The notes: generated by a model from the letters alone, not told the origin. A stretch of DNA of 64,000 nucleotides from an uncultured Alphaproteobacteria bacterium (GCA_963794185.1 CAWCDM010000097.1:4921-68920); one strand, 5' to 3'; shown: positions 28,615 to 38,136, numbered from the stretch's first letter. Program-made: numbers and translations.

Positions 28615-30317
28615 GTTCTCTCCCTGGCGGCGAGCCACGCGCGCCAACCGCCGTGGCGGGTGATATCGGGCGCTGCCGCGACGCCGTCGGCCTCGGCGAG
28701 AAAGCCGAGACATGGCCCATCCGTCAGTTCCACCGTGCCGAAGCCGAGCGGTGGGGGGACCAACGCGAGCAATGCGCCGATCGCGGTCATCGGCAGTGCC
28801 CAGACCTCACCGTCGATCGCGGCGCCATCCTGCGCGCGCAGCATGCCGGGTCGATTGCCCAGCGCGTGCAGCCGGTACGCGTCGGCGGTCCGCGCTGTAT
28901 GCAGAAAGCGCCCGCCAAGCGCTGTCAGTTGATGATTGAGCGGCAGGCCCGACATGTGCGCGCCGATGCAGAACAGGGCGGTCTCGTCCGGGGCAAGTGC
29001 GTCCGGCAACGTGGACGGTGGCAAAGGGACGCGCGTCGCGCCGACGGTGTCGACCGACGCGCGATGAATGCGATCGGCCAGCGCAGCCAATCGGCCTTCG
29101 GACCAAGCCTGACCGACCAGGGTCATGCCGATCGGCATGCCCTGGCTGTCAAAACCAGCCGGCACGGCGATCGCGGCGAGATCGCAGAGGTTGATAAAGT
29201 TGGTGAAAGTGCCGAGGCGGTTGTTCACGCCGATCGGATCGGCGACCACATCGGCGAGCGTCGGGCAGAACGGCACGGTCGGCAGCAGCAGCGCATCGTA
29301 GCGGCGAAACAGATCGGCTGCCGTGTGGCGTGCCTCAGCCAGGCGATGAAACGCATCGAAGGCGTCGACCGTCCGCCGCGTCAGCCCGTTTTCCAGTATC
29401 GTCCGCGTGACCGGATGCAGGATGTCGGGCTTGGTCTCCAGAACGTCCCGCAGCGCGGCCGTGCGCTCGGCGACCCAGGGACCGTCGTAGAGCAGACGGG
29501 CGATCTCGAGAAACAACGAAATATCGACTGTCTCGGCGCCGAGCAGTCTTCCGGCATCACTGGTGCGTTCAGCAATCGCTGCGGTGCAGGCGGAGGAATC
29601 GGCCATCGCGATTCGCGCCGCGGGCTGGGCCGCGGCACGTCGCAGATGGGCAAACGGCGCGGCGCGCGAATAGGGATCGTCGCGATCGTGGCCAGAGACC
29701 ACCCGCTGAACGGCCAGCGCCTCGTCGACGGAGCGGGCGAATATCGAGATCGTGTCGAGCGAACGGCACGCCGGCACCACGCCGCACGCGGCGACGCTGC
29801 CCACGGTCGGCTTCAAACCGACGATGCTGCCGAAGGCCGCAGGAACGCGGCCGGACCCGGCGGTGTCGGTGCCGAGCGCGAAGCGGACGATGCCGGCGGC
29901 GACGGCACAGGCCGAACCGGATGACGAACCGCCCGGCACATAGGCTGGATCGAAGACGTTGCGCGGCACGCCGTACGGGCTGCGCGTGCCGACGAGCCCG
30001 GTGGCGAACTGGTCGAGATTGGTCTTGCCGATGAGCAGTGCGCCCGCGTCCAGCAGGCGCTGCACGGCAGGTGCGGTCGTCGTCGCAGTGTAGGAAAATC
30101 CGGGGCAGGCGGCGGTGGTGGGCAGGCCGGCGACGTCGATGTTGTCCTTCACCGCGAACGGCACGCCCCAGAATTTTCGTCCGCGTGGCCCTTGCGCCTC
30201 CAGTTCGCGGGCGCGCTTGAGCACCTCGTCACCGGAAAGACGTGTGATCCAGATCGCCGGATCGTCGTGCCGGCGATCACTTTGCAGCGCGGTCTCTGCG
30301 GCTGCGATTGGAGTCAT
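28611..30317 (-). CDS. atzF: allophanate hydrolase
   Basis: 568 aa. N-terminal amidase domain (GGSSSGSACAVA) plus the C-terminal allophanate-hydrolase-specific domain. Confidence 0.88.
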   Translation of the reverse strand: MTPIAAAETALQSDRRHDDPAIWITRLSGDEVLKRARELEAQGPRGRKFWGVPFAVKDNIDVAGLPTTAACPGFSYTATTTAPAVQRLLDAGALLIGKTNLDQFATGLVGTRSPYGVPRNVFDPAYVPGGSSSGSACAVAAGIVRFALGTDTAGSGRVPAAFGSIVGLKPTVGSVAACGVVPACRSLDTISIFARSVDEALAVQRVVSGHDRDDPYSRAAPFAHLRRAAAQPAARIAMADSSACTAAIAERTSDAGRLLGAETVDISLFLEIARLLYDGPWVAERTAALRDVLETKPDILHPVTRTILENGLTRRTVDAFDAFHRLAEARHTAADLFRRYDALLLPTVPFCPTLADVVADPIGVNNRLGTFTNFINLCDLAAIAVPAGFDSQGMPIGMTLVGQAWSEGRLAALADRIHRASVDTVGATRVPLPPSTLPDALAPDETALFCIGAHMSGLPLNHQLTALGGRFLHTARTADAYRLHALGNRPGMLRAQDGAAIDGEVWALPMTAIGALLALVPPPLGFGTVELTDGPCLGFLAEADGVAAAPDITRHGGWRAWLAARERT

Positions 30318-30358
30318 GGAAACCCACCTTTCGTCGCCGCGTCACGCCGCATCGGGTC

Positions 30359-31943
30359 TCATTCCGCCGGCGCTTCCTCACCCAACGGTTCGTCGTCCAG
30401 TGGCACCGCGGCGGCGGCGGGATAGCGGCTGAGACCCAGGCACATCAGCCCGAGCAGCAAATAGCCCAGCGCCACCCCGGATGAATTACCGAAGCCAAGC
30501 GCGGTGCCGTTGATGAATCCGAAGAACGCCAGCATCGCGCCGATCAGCGCATACAGTCCGGCGCGATCGAACCGCCGGTCAATGATGAAGGCGGCGATCG
30601 AGCCCAGGATCAGGCCGGCCAACGTTGCGCCGCCGCCGAACAGCCGCATCCCCTGATACACCACGCCGTGTGCCGCGAGCGCGGCGTAGCCGACCTGCTC
30701 GGCCGATGTGCCGGCGGTGGCAAGCGCGCCGTCCACCTGGCTGTGCGCCCATTCCGCGACGTTGGGCAGCAGCGCCAGGATCACCGCCGGTGCGTGACGC
30801 GCCGGCGTCGCCTCGAACGCCTGCGCGCCGATCACCAGGCCGATATACAAAAGTATCGGCAGGATGGAGACCAGCGGCACCACCGCGAGCAGCAGCGCCA
30901 CCAGGCCGAGAAAGCAGACCACGCCGATGCCGACGCCGGTGGCTATGGAATAGCCGATCCGCCCGCCGACCGACTTCCAGCCCGGATGGCCGATATAGAC
31001 CGCCGGCGGGAACGGCGAGCCGAGCACCGCGCCGGCCAGCGCGCCGATGCCGTCGGCGATCAGCACCTGGCGCAGGCTGTATTCGTCGCCGGCCGCGGCC
31101 GCGCTTTCGACGTTGTTCATGCCCTCGGTGAAATTGTAGATGCCGAGCGGCACCGCGGTGACCAGCAGCGGCCCGATATCGGCAAGCCCCTGCAGGAAAT
31201 GCGCGGACGGGATCGGCGGATGCAGGCCGAATTTTCCAAATGCGGCGGCGACCGCTGCCGGGTCCATCACGGGCTCGATGCCGGAGAAGGTGACGAACCA
31301 GGCCAGCACGGTACCGACCAGCACCGCCGCCAGCCCGCCCGGCACGCCGCCCGGCAGGCGCACGCGTGCCATCCAGGAGATCAGGATGATGCCGAGCGAC
31401 AGGAACGCCAGCCACGGCACCTGCCAGCTCTGAAAAGCCGGGCGCATCGAGATGAACGCGATCGAGATGCCGGCCAGCGCCCCGAGCATCGCCGCACGCG
31501 GCGTGTATTTGCGCACCGTCGGCCCGACGAATGCGCCGCACAGGATAATAACGCCGATGACGAACGCCCAGGCCAGCCCGGCTTCCCAGGCCAGTCAGCG
31601 GATCGTGCGTCTTCAGGTAGGTCGGCAGCATGACCACGAAGACGCAGATGAACATGTGCGGCACCGAGGGGCCGTAGGGCAGGGCGGTGACGTCGCTGCG
31701 CCCCTGCCGCTTTGCGAGCTGCCACGCCAGGTAGCCATAGAACAGATTGCCGAGCGGCAACGCGACGCCGAGCGCCGGCAGAATGCGGCCGAACACCACA
31801 TCGTCGGGCAGGTTCACCACGCCGAGGCAGAGTCCGGTCAGCACGATGACGTTCAGCGCGACGTTGGTGAACAGGCCGAAGAAGCCGTTCCAGTCGCCGG
31901 GCACCCACCAGGAGGGATTGGCCGTCATGCGCGCGCCTGTCAT
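30359..31943 (-). pseudogene. NCS2-superfamily (xanthine/uracil-type) permease with one frameshift near 31595
   Basis: N-terminal 115 aa are in the frame of ORF 30579..31943 (MTANPSWWVPGDWNGFFGLFTN...). The rest is in the frame of ORF 30359..31516 (LAWEAGLAWAFVIGVIILCGAFVGPTVRKYTP...). Confidence 0.85.
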
Positions 31944-31988
31944 CGCGGTCTCCTGTCGGTTCGTGCCAATGGGATCATGCCGGCGGGT

Positions 31989-32651
31989 TCATTCCAGTGC
32001 GGTCAGCAGTGCGGCCGATGGCGCCACCCAGCCGAAGATGCCGCCCTGCGCCTTGATCATTGCGATCCCGGCCTGCTGGAATTCGGGGAAGTAGGAGCCG
32101 GTGCAGTCCTCCAGCACCAGGCAGTCGAAGCCGCGATCGTTGGCCTCGCGCACCGTGGTGTTGACGCAGACCTCGGTGGTGACGCCGCACACCAGAAGCT
32201 GCGCGACGCCGCGGCTGCGCAGCATGGCTTCCAGGTCGGTGGCGTAGAACGCGCCCTTGCCCGGCTTGTCGACGACGGGCTCGCCGGGCGAGGGCGCGAG
32301 TTCGGCGATGATGTCGTGGCCGGGCTCGCCGCGCACCAGGATGCGGCCCATCGGCCCGGGATCGCCGATGCCGGTCGCGAACTTTCCCCGCACGCGTTTG
32401 GCGGGGGCGAGGTCGGACAGGTCGGGCCGATGGCCTTCGCGGGTGTGGACCACCATCATCCCGGCGGCACGGCAGGCGCGCAGCACGCGCTCGGTGGGCG
32501 CGATGGCCGAGCGGAGCAGACCGACGTCGTTGCCCAGGGCGGCGCCGAAGCCGCCGGGCTCCAGGAAGTCGCGCTGCATGTCGATGATGACCAGCGCGGC
32601 GGCGGTGGGGTCGAATTCGAAGGCATACGGCGCGGCGGCGACACGTGGCAT
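31989..32651 (-). CDS. isochorismatase-like cysteine hydrolase (BiuH/TrtA-type candidate)
   Basis: ATG 32651 ([15 protein letters not shown]...). Contains [11 protein letters not shown], the catalytic-type CGVTTEVCV and KPGKGAFY motifs. Confidence 0.85.
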   Translation of the reverse strand: MPRVAAAPYAFEFDPTAAALVIIDMQRDFLEPGGFGAALGNDVGLLRSAIAPTERVLRACRAAGMMVVHTREGHRPDLSDLAPAKRVRGKFATGIGDPGPMGRILVRGEPGHDIIAELAPSPGEPVVDKPGKGAFYATDLEAMLRSRGVAQLLVCGVTTEVCVNTTVREANDRGFDCLVLEDCTGSYFPEFQQAGIAMIKAQGGIFGWVAPSAALLTALE

Positions 32652-32983
32652 GCTTATCTTCTGGGCAAGAAGCCTATACCTAGAGCAGTTCTGGTTCCGC
32701 TTTACGGCATATGCCGCAGTTGCAGTCAGCCCGACCGCTTCCGTGGACGAAAGCAGCAAGAACAAGGCCAACTGAGCGGAGCCGACTGCCTATCGCCGCG
32801 CAGGGCCGGCCGATCCTGGGCAGTGCGCTGCTCCGCGCCCCGCCCTCGAAGTTGGGCGATCGGCGAACCTGCCAGCGCGGCGGCGCTGATGGTGCGAAGC
32901 ACGCAGGGAAGGTCAGGACGTCCGGTGCTCAGACACTATTCAGGCGGGCGCATCTGCGCCCTGAATTCGTGCGCAGACGTTCG

Positions 32984-33220
32984 CTAGTTCGGTTTGTCGC
33001 CTTCCTGCGGCGGCCACAGCCATGTGCCGTGGTTCGCATTATAATTCGCCTGCGAAGACGCCTCGCTAACTCCGTCGGGGTGGTTGCCGTCATGATACAA
33101 ATAACCGTGGACGACGTTGCCCGGGCCGGCCGTCGCGCTGGGGGAGGACCCAGGGCCCGCCGCACATCCAGCAAGCAAAATGCCGGCGGCACAGAACGGC
33201 AGAAACCTCAGGATCATCAA
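32984..33220 (-). CDS. small lipoprotein, function unknown
   Basis: Lipobox LLAGC after a hydrophobic leader. 78 aa. Confidence 0.55.
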   Translation of the reverse strand: MMILRFLPFCAAGILLAGCAAGPGSSPSATAGPGNVVHGYLYHDGNHPDGVSEASSQANYNANHGTWLWPPQEGDKPN

Positions 33221-33303
33221 ATGTCTCCGGAACCACTTGGCGTCAGGTCACCAGCCGATCGTAATTGGGGCCGGCCCGATCTCTCTTCCAGGCAACCGGC
33301 TGC

Positions 33304-33738
33304 TCAATCTTCGGTGCCCTTGTTGCTCCGAATCGGCGAGGGCACCTGCAGGAAATCGTCGGTGTATTCACCGCGCGACACCTTCACAGGGATTTCCTCC
33401 TCGGTCGTGCATGCGAGAATCTCCGACCCGGCTGCGCGCGAGGGAACCGCGAGCTGGTCGATCTGATCAGCGAATGCGCTTGCCCGCTCGGTGCTGAGCC
33501 GCCAGACGAAGTGCCCAGCATCATCGGAGACGGGCTGAATCCCGGGTGCGCCGTGCGATGCCGTCACGGTGATTGCCGTGCGCACCGCGGCGCAGAATCC
33601 CAGTTCGTCGAGGCGCACGTCTGTTTGCTCGCGCGCGAACCGGCGCAGCACGGCGCCGAGCAGGCGCAGGTCCTCGATCTCGCCGAGCATCAGCACCATC
33701 GGGTTGTAGTCGCTGGGCAGGAACCCGATGCGCAGCAC
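33304..33738 (-). CDS. hypothetical protein (145 aa), last gene of the oxygenase operon
   Basis: GTG 33738 lies 2 nt after the preceding stop. The frame has coding-like codon usage, but no family was recognised and there are no cofactor motifs. Confidence 0.5.
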   Translation of the reverse strand: MLRIGFLPSDYNPMVLMLGEIEDLRLLGAVLRRFAREQTDVRLDELGFCAAVRTAITVTASHGAPGIQPVSDDAGHFVWRLSTERASAFADQIDQLAVPSRAAGSEILACTTEEEIPVKVSRGEYTDDFLQVPSPIRSNKGTED

Positions 33739-33740
33739 GC

Positions 33741-33926
33741 TCAGACGACCTCGATGATGTCGGTGGCGTGGCAGAGTTCCTCGGTGCCCGGCGTGGCGCC
33801 GCCCTGCGGAACCTCGACGAGCCGGACCCGCACCCATTCGTCGTTGACGATGTCCACCACTTCGGCGGTGATGCCGCCGACGATGCGGAGCCTGCTGCCG
33901 AGCTCGACGCCGGTGAGTTCGATCAT
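33741..33926 (-). CDS. hypothetical small protein (61 aa)
   Basis: ATG 33926 lies 19 nt after the beta-subunit stop. MIELTGVELGSRLRIVGGITAEVVDIVNDEWVRVRLVEVP... No family recognised. Confidence 0.5.
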   Translation of the reverse strand: MIELTGVELGSRLRIVGGITAEVVDIVNDEWVRVRLVEVPQGGATPGTEELCHATDIIEVV

Positions 33927-33945
33927 GTGTGCCGCCTCAGACCAC

Positions 33946-34485
33946 CTAGAAGAATATGCTCAGGTTCTTCGCGAGCAGCACGTTCTGCTCCAGAATCATC
34001 TCGCGCCTGGCGATCTGCCACGACGTTCCCACGCGGCGCAATTCGTCGGTGCGCCGGCCGATGAAGGTGTGGTTCTGGTACTCGACCCGGTTCTGATACA
34101 CCAGGAATCGGCACCCCACCGTGACCTCCTGCGCGTCATCCGCTGATGGCCGCACGTCCAGCAGCCGCACATTGCTCACCATGTGCGTGACGCGCGACAG
34201 CGGTTCCTCCGCGTAGTGCACGCCGGTGAGCACCTGCTCCACCCGCTTGCCTAGCGTCCACTTGTCCTCGTCGAACCAGCTGATGCCCTCGCCCTGGCGC
34301 GTGTTCTCGCGTTCCGCCTGTTGGCCGAACTTCACGTTGCGGCGCACCGGCATGAAATAGACCAGGTCCTCGGCCAGCAGGTCCAGCCACTCCTTGAACC
34401 GGCGCTGGTCCAGCAGGTCGGCCTCGAAGTAGAGAAAGTCCTCGATCTCCTCGCGGAGCTGATACCAGGCCAGCGGGCGCATCAC
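33946..34485 (-). CDS. aromatic-ring-hydroxylating dioxygenase beta subunit
   Basis: 179 aa with the SnoaL-like RHD beta pattern (FLYFEADLLDQRRFKEWLDL...). ATGA overlap with the alpha stop. Confidence 0.9.
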   Translation of the reverse strand: MMRPLAWYQLREEIEDFLYFEADLLDQRRFKEWLDLLAEDLVYFMPVRRNVKFGQQAERENTRQGEGISWFDEDKWTLGKRVEQVLTGVHYAEEPLSRVTHMVSNVRLLDVRPSADDAQEVTVGCRFLVYQNRVEYQNHTFIGRRTDELRRVGTSWQIARREMILEQNVLLAKNLSIFF

Positions 34486-35819
34486 TCGGCCGCCGCGCGC
34501 ATTTGTCGCCGGCCCAGCAGCTCATCCCACGAGCCGCCGTTCAGGTAGCTGGCGTAGACACGATAGTAGTTGCGAGCCATGTGCTCGGTGGCCTGCGTCG
34601 ACACCTCGCCCGGAACCGGATCATCGGTTTTGTAAGCGCCCATCGACAACTGGTAGTTGAACGGATAGCGCCGGGCGATGGTGCCCTTGCTGGCCGCGGT
34701 GGCATACAGCCAGTTCTCCATGTCGTCCTGTTCCGTCATGCCGGCGGGACCGGAATAGCGCATGTAGTAGCGGCGCAGCACGTCCTTCACCTCTGCGGGC
34801 GCATCGGCGTCGACCAGAAAGAAGCGCCAACCTTCCGTCTCGGTCGGGCTCTGCGGATGCCAGACGCAGATGCCGCGCGGCTGTCGGCCGTGATACGACG
34901 CATTGGGAAAGATGGTGCCGACAACCGGCAGCAAGCGCGCCTTGTTGCCCAGCCGGCGCTTCCGCTCGTGGAAACAGTGGCGAAAATATTCGTCCACGAT
35001 CGGGTGCTGCTGGTAGGTGGAGGCATACTCGGTCTGTTCCGGCATCCAGGCGCTGGCCACGCCATGGCCCTGCGGAAATCCGACCCAGATTCGCTGCCCC
35101 GCAGCGTACTCGTTGTCGCGCCGGCTCGACTGCCCGCGCTGTCCGCTCGGCCCCATGCCGACCATGTCGACCGAGCGATGCGACGGATTGTGGTAGGAAT
35201 CGCCCAGGAAGTTCTCGGCGGCGAACTTCCAGTTCGACGGGAACACCCATTTGTGCACGCCGATCACCTCGGCGCCGCCGGGCCTGCCGTCGCGGCAATC
35301 GACGACCTGATCGAGGTGATCGACCGCGTCGCCGAGATAGGTCAGGAAATCCGGCGCCTGCGGATCCCACGTGGCCCAAACCGTGCCCTTGTAGAGCGCG
35401 AGTTTCGCCACCTCGATCAGCGACCACTCCTCGCGATTCAGCGTGCCTTCGTACAGCGCCCGATATAGTGGGACGCCCTGCAGCCTGCCATCCGTTGTGT
35501 AGCTCCACGAATGATACGGGCAGACGAACAGCGACGTATTCCCCTGCTCGTAGCGGCAAACCTTCATCCCGCGATGCCGGCAGGAGTTCAGGAACACGTG
35601 CACCGCGCCCGCCTGGTCGCGGCAGACGATCACCGATTCCTCGCCCATGCGCGAGACGAAGAAGTCGCCCGGATTGGGGATCTGGCTCTCGTGCCCGACG
35701 AACAGCCATGCGCGGGTGAACAGTTTTTCCAGTTCCTCGCGGTAGAGTTCCGGCGCGACAAAAATCTCGCGGCTGACCGTGCCGCGCTGCAGGTCGATCA
35801 TCCGATCTGTCTCACTCAT
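34482..35819 (-). CDS. Rieske aromatic-ring-hydroxylating oxygenase alpha subunit, paralog 2
   Basis: ATG 35819 (MSETDRMIDLQRG...). Rieske CRHRGMKVC...CPYHSW motif and a mononuclear-iron region with NFLGDSYHNPSH. The 705-aa track ORF is an out-of-frame extension into paralog 1. Confidence 0.92.
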   Translation of the reverse strand: MSETDRMIDLQRGTVSREIFVAPELYREELEKLFTRAWLFVGHESQIPNPGDFFVSRMGEESVIVCRDQAGAVHVFLNSCRHRGMKVCRYEQGNTSLFVCPYHSWSYTTDGRLQGVPLYRALYEGTLNREEWSLIEVAKLALYKGTVWATWDPQAPDFLTYLGDAVDHLDQVVDCRDGRPGGAEVIGVHKWVFPSNWKFAAENFLGDSYHNPSHRSVDMVGMGPSGQRGQSSRRDNEYAAGQRIWVGFPQGHGVASAWMPEQTEYASTYQQHPIVDEYFRHCFHERKRRLGNKARLLPVVGTIFPNASYHGRQPRGICVWHPQSPTETEGWRFFLVDADAPAEVKDVLRRYYMRYSGPAGMTEQDDMENWLYATAASKGTIARRYPFNYQLSMGAYKTDDPVPGEVSTQATEHMARNYYRVYASYLNGGSWDELLGRRQMRAAAE

Positions 35820-35824
35820 CGCAC

Positions 35825-37177
35825 CTACTCCGCCGCAGCCTGCACGGGATGCCGGTCGCGCCCGATCAGCGTGTCCCAGCCGTCGCCTTTCAGATACGAC
35901 GCGTAGACACGATAGTAGTTGCGTGGCGTCTGATCGGTGATCTGCAGCGACACGTCGCCCGGGATCGGGTCGTTGGTCTTGTACGCCCCCATCGACATCT
36001 GGTAGTTGAACGGGTGACGCCGCGCGATGGTGCCCTTGCTGGAGGCGGTCGCGTACAGCCAGTTCTCCATGTCGTCCTGCTCGGTCATGCCGGCGGGCCC
36101 GGAGTAGCGCATGTAGAACCGGCGCAGCACGTCCTTCACCTCTGCGGGCGCATCGGCGTCGACCAGGAAGAAGCGCCAGCCTTCGGTCTCGGTCGGGCTG
36201 TGCGGATGCCAGACGCAGATGCCGCGCGGCTGCCTCCCGTGATACGATGCGTTCGGGAAGATGTTGCCGGTGAACGGCAGAAGCCGCGCCTTCTCTCCCA
36301 GCCTGCGGTTCCGCTCGTGGAAGCAGTGGCGGAAATACTCGTCGACGATCGGGTACTGCAGATAGGACGATTCGTATTCCGCTTCGGCCGGCATCAGCAC
36401 GCTGTGCATGCCGTGCCCCGCCGGGTGGCTCACCCACACATGCTGGCCCCTGTTGTATTCGTTGTCGCGGCGGCCCTTCTGGCCGCGTTGGGCGCTGGGG
36501 CCGATGCCGATCATGTCGACCGAGCGGTGCGACGGGTTGTGATAGGTGTCGCCCAGGAAATTCTCCGCGGCGAATTTCCAGTTGGCGGGGAAGATCCACT
36601 TGTGCACGCCGATCACTTCCGACCCGCCGGGACGCCCGTCACGACAATCCAGCACCTGGTCCAGATGATCCACGGCGCCGCCGAGGTACTCGAGGAAATC
36701 GGGCGCGGCCGGGTCCCATGACGCCCAGACAGTGCCCTTGTACAGCGCCAGCTTCGGCACCTCGATCAGCGACCATTCGTCGCGATTCAACGTGCCCTCG
36801 TACAGGGCGCGATACAGCGGCACACCCTGCAGCCTTCCGTCGGTGGTATAGCTCCAGGAATGATAAGGGCAGACGAACAAGGACGTGTTGCCCTGCTCGT
36901 AGCGGCAGACCTTCATCCCCCGGTGACGGCAGGAATTGAGGAACACATGCACCGCGCCCTGGGTGTCACGGCACAGGATCACCGATTCCTCGGCCATGCG
37001 CGAGACGAAGAAGTCGCCCGGTTTGGCGATCTGGCTTTCGTGCCCGACGAACAGCCACGCGCGGGTGAACAGCCTGTCCAGTTCCTCGCGATGGAACTCG
37101 GGCGCGACAAAAATCTCCCGGCTGATCTTGCCGTGCTCGATGTCGATCATCCGGTCGATCGGCAGGGGCGCCGTCAT
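35825..37177 (-). CDS. Rieske aromatic-ring-hydroxylating oxygenase alpha subunit, paralog 1
   Basis: Start ATG 37177 (MTAPLPIDRM; alternative 37192). Same Rieske and iron motifs. Roughly four fifths identical to paralog 2 by eye. Confidence 0.92.
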   Translation of the reverse strand: MTAPLPIDRMIDIEHGKISREIFVAPEFHREELDRLFTRAWLFVGHESQIAKPGDFFVSRMAEESVILCRDTQGAVHVFLNSCRHRGMKVCRYEQGNTSLFVCPYHSWSYTTDGRLQGVPLYRALYEGTLNRDEWSLIEVPKLALYKGTVWASWDPAAPDFLEYLGGAVDHLDQVLDCRDGRPGGSEVIGVHKWIFPANWKFAAENFLGDTYHNPSHRSVDMIGIGPSAQRGQKGRRDNEYNRGQHVWVSHPAGHGMHSVLMPAEAEYESSYLQYPIVDEYFRHCFHERNRRLGEKARLLPFTGNIFPNASYHGRQPRGICVWHPHSPTETEGWRFFLVDADAPAEVKDVLRRFYMRYSGPAGMTEQDDMENWLYATASSKGTIARRHPFNYQMSMGAYKTNDPIPGDVSLQITDQTPRNYYRVYASYLKGDGWDTLIGRDRHPVQAAAE

Positions 37178-38094
37178 CTGCCTGTCCTCCATGCGGGCCG
37201 CACAGGCTGCCTGCCTGGGGCGGCGATCATGTTCCGCCAGGCGTGGCCCCCGTCAAGGCCGAGTGAACCGGCAAGTTCAGCGAGACGATCGGCCAGACGG
37301 TTCAGCTCCCACTCCCGGGCCAGCGCGGAAGCCCCGTCCCATGTCGGCGTCTGGTCATCCAGGCAAGGGAGCGGCGCGGACGTATTCATGGTCGCAATCG
37401 AGCGGTAGAGACGCAGTTCCTGAGCCTGTGCCGAAAGCTTTGCGTCAGCCAGCGCGTTCTCGAGCGTTCCGTACTTGCGCAGCAGGGTTGCCGCGCCTTT
37501 CGGCCCCACGCCCTTGGCGCCCGGCAGCTTGTCCGATGGATCGCCACGGAGCGCGATGAAGTCGGGTACCTGTCGGGGCTCGACACCGTACCGCTCACGA
37601 ACCTCCGCCGTCCCGATGCGCGCCATTTCGCCTGCCCGCACCGGGTGGAGAACCGTCGTCGAATCCGAAGCGAGCTGGAAAGCGTCGCGATCGCCGCTCG
37701 CCACGATGGCGGTTCCGTTCCGCCGCTCCTCGCTGGCGACCGCGGCGGCGAGAAAGTCGTCGGCCTCGTAGCCGGGAGACTTCGCATAGGAAAAACCGCA
37801 GGCAGCGACGAACTGCGGCAGCATATCGAGTTGATCAATGAGCTCCGCATCGAACTCGCGCCCGCTCTGGTACGCCGGCAACGCAAGGTGACGATACGTC
37901 GGCGCGTCGAGCGTATCCCACCCGACCAGCACGGCACGAGGCCGCTCGGCCTCGTACAGCCGCACCAGAAAATTTGCAAATCCAACGATTGCGCCGCCGC
38001 CCTTGTTGCCGCGCCTGCGGATGGACTTCGGGAGCGCGTGGTAGGCACGATGCGCAAACGAGTCGCCGTCGATGACAAGGAGTGGTTTGCTCAC
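37174..38094 (-). CDS. stand-alone 5'-3' exonuclease (FEN/Pol I N-terminal domain family)
   Basis: 306 aa. LLVIDGDSFAHRAY, GYEADDFLA, SGDRDAFQL and IALRGDPSDKLPGAKGVGPKGAATLL (H3TH) motifs. Confidence 0.88.
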   Translation of the reverse strand: MSKPLLVIDGDSFAHRAYHALPKSIRRRGNKGGGAIVGFANFLVRLYEAERPRAVLVGWDTLDAPTYRHLALPAYQSGREFDAELIDQLDMLPQFVAACGFSYAKSPGYEADDFLAAAVASEERRNGTAIVASGDRDAFQLASDSTTVLHPVRAGEMARIGTAEVRERYGVEPRQVPDFIALRGDPSDKLPGAKGVGPKGAATLLRKYGTLENALADAKLSAQAQELRLYRSIATMNTSAPLPCLDDQTPTWDGASALAREWELNRLADRLAELAGSLGLDGGHAWRNMIAAPGRQPVRPAWRTGR

Positions 38095-38136
38095 TGCGTC
38101 CTTCGGATCTGTGTTCCCGCGCGGCGAACAGCATAT

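Noticed and set aside
32652-32983. Possible guanidine or other riboswitch in the 330-nt leader of the cysteine hydrolase/Atz cluster.
   Set aside because: I could not find the conserved ykkC-type motifs. The only clear structure is a hairpin (TTCAGG...CCTGAA around 32938-32966) that fits a terminator for the upstream lipoprotein gene.
34482-36599. A 705-aa ORF that suggests a giant fused oxygenase.
   Set aside because: Only the C-terminal 445 aa (from ATG 35819) are oxygenase sequence. The upstream part is an out-of-frame read-through of alpha paralog 1 with low-complexity Arg/Pro content.
37645-38136. N-terminal 164-aa extension of the CocE/NonD ORF.
   Set aside because: It is antisense to the exonuclease gene, and family-typical sequence starts at ATG 38137.
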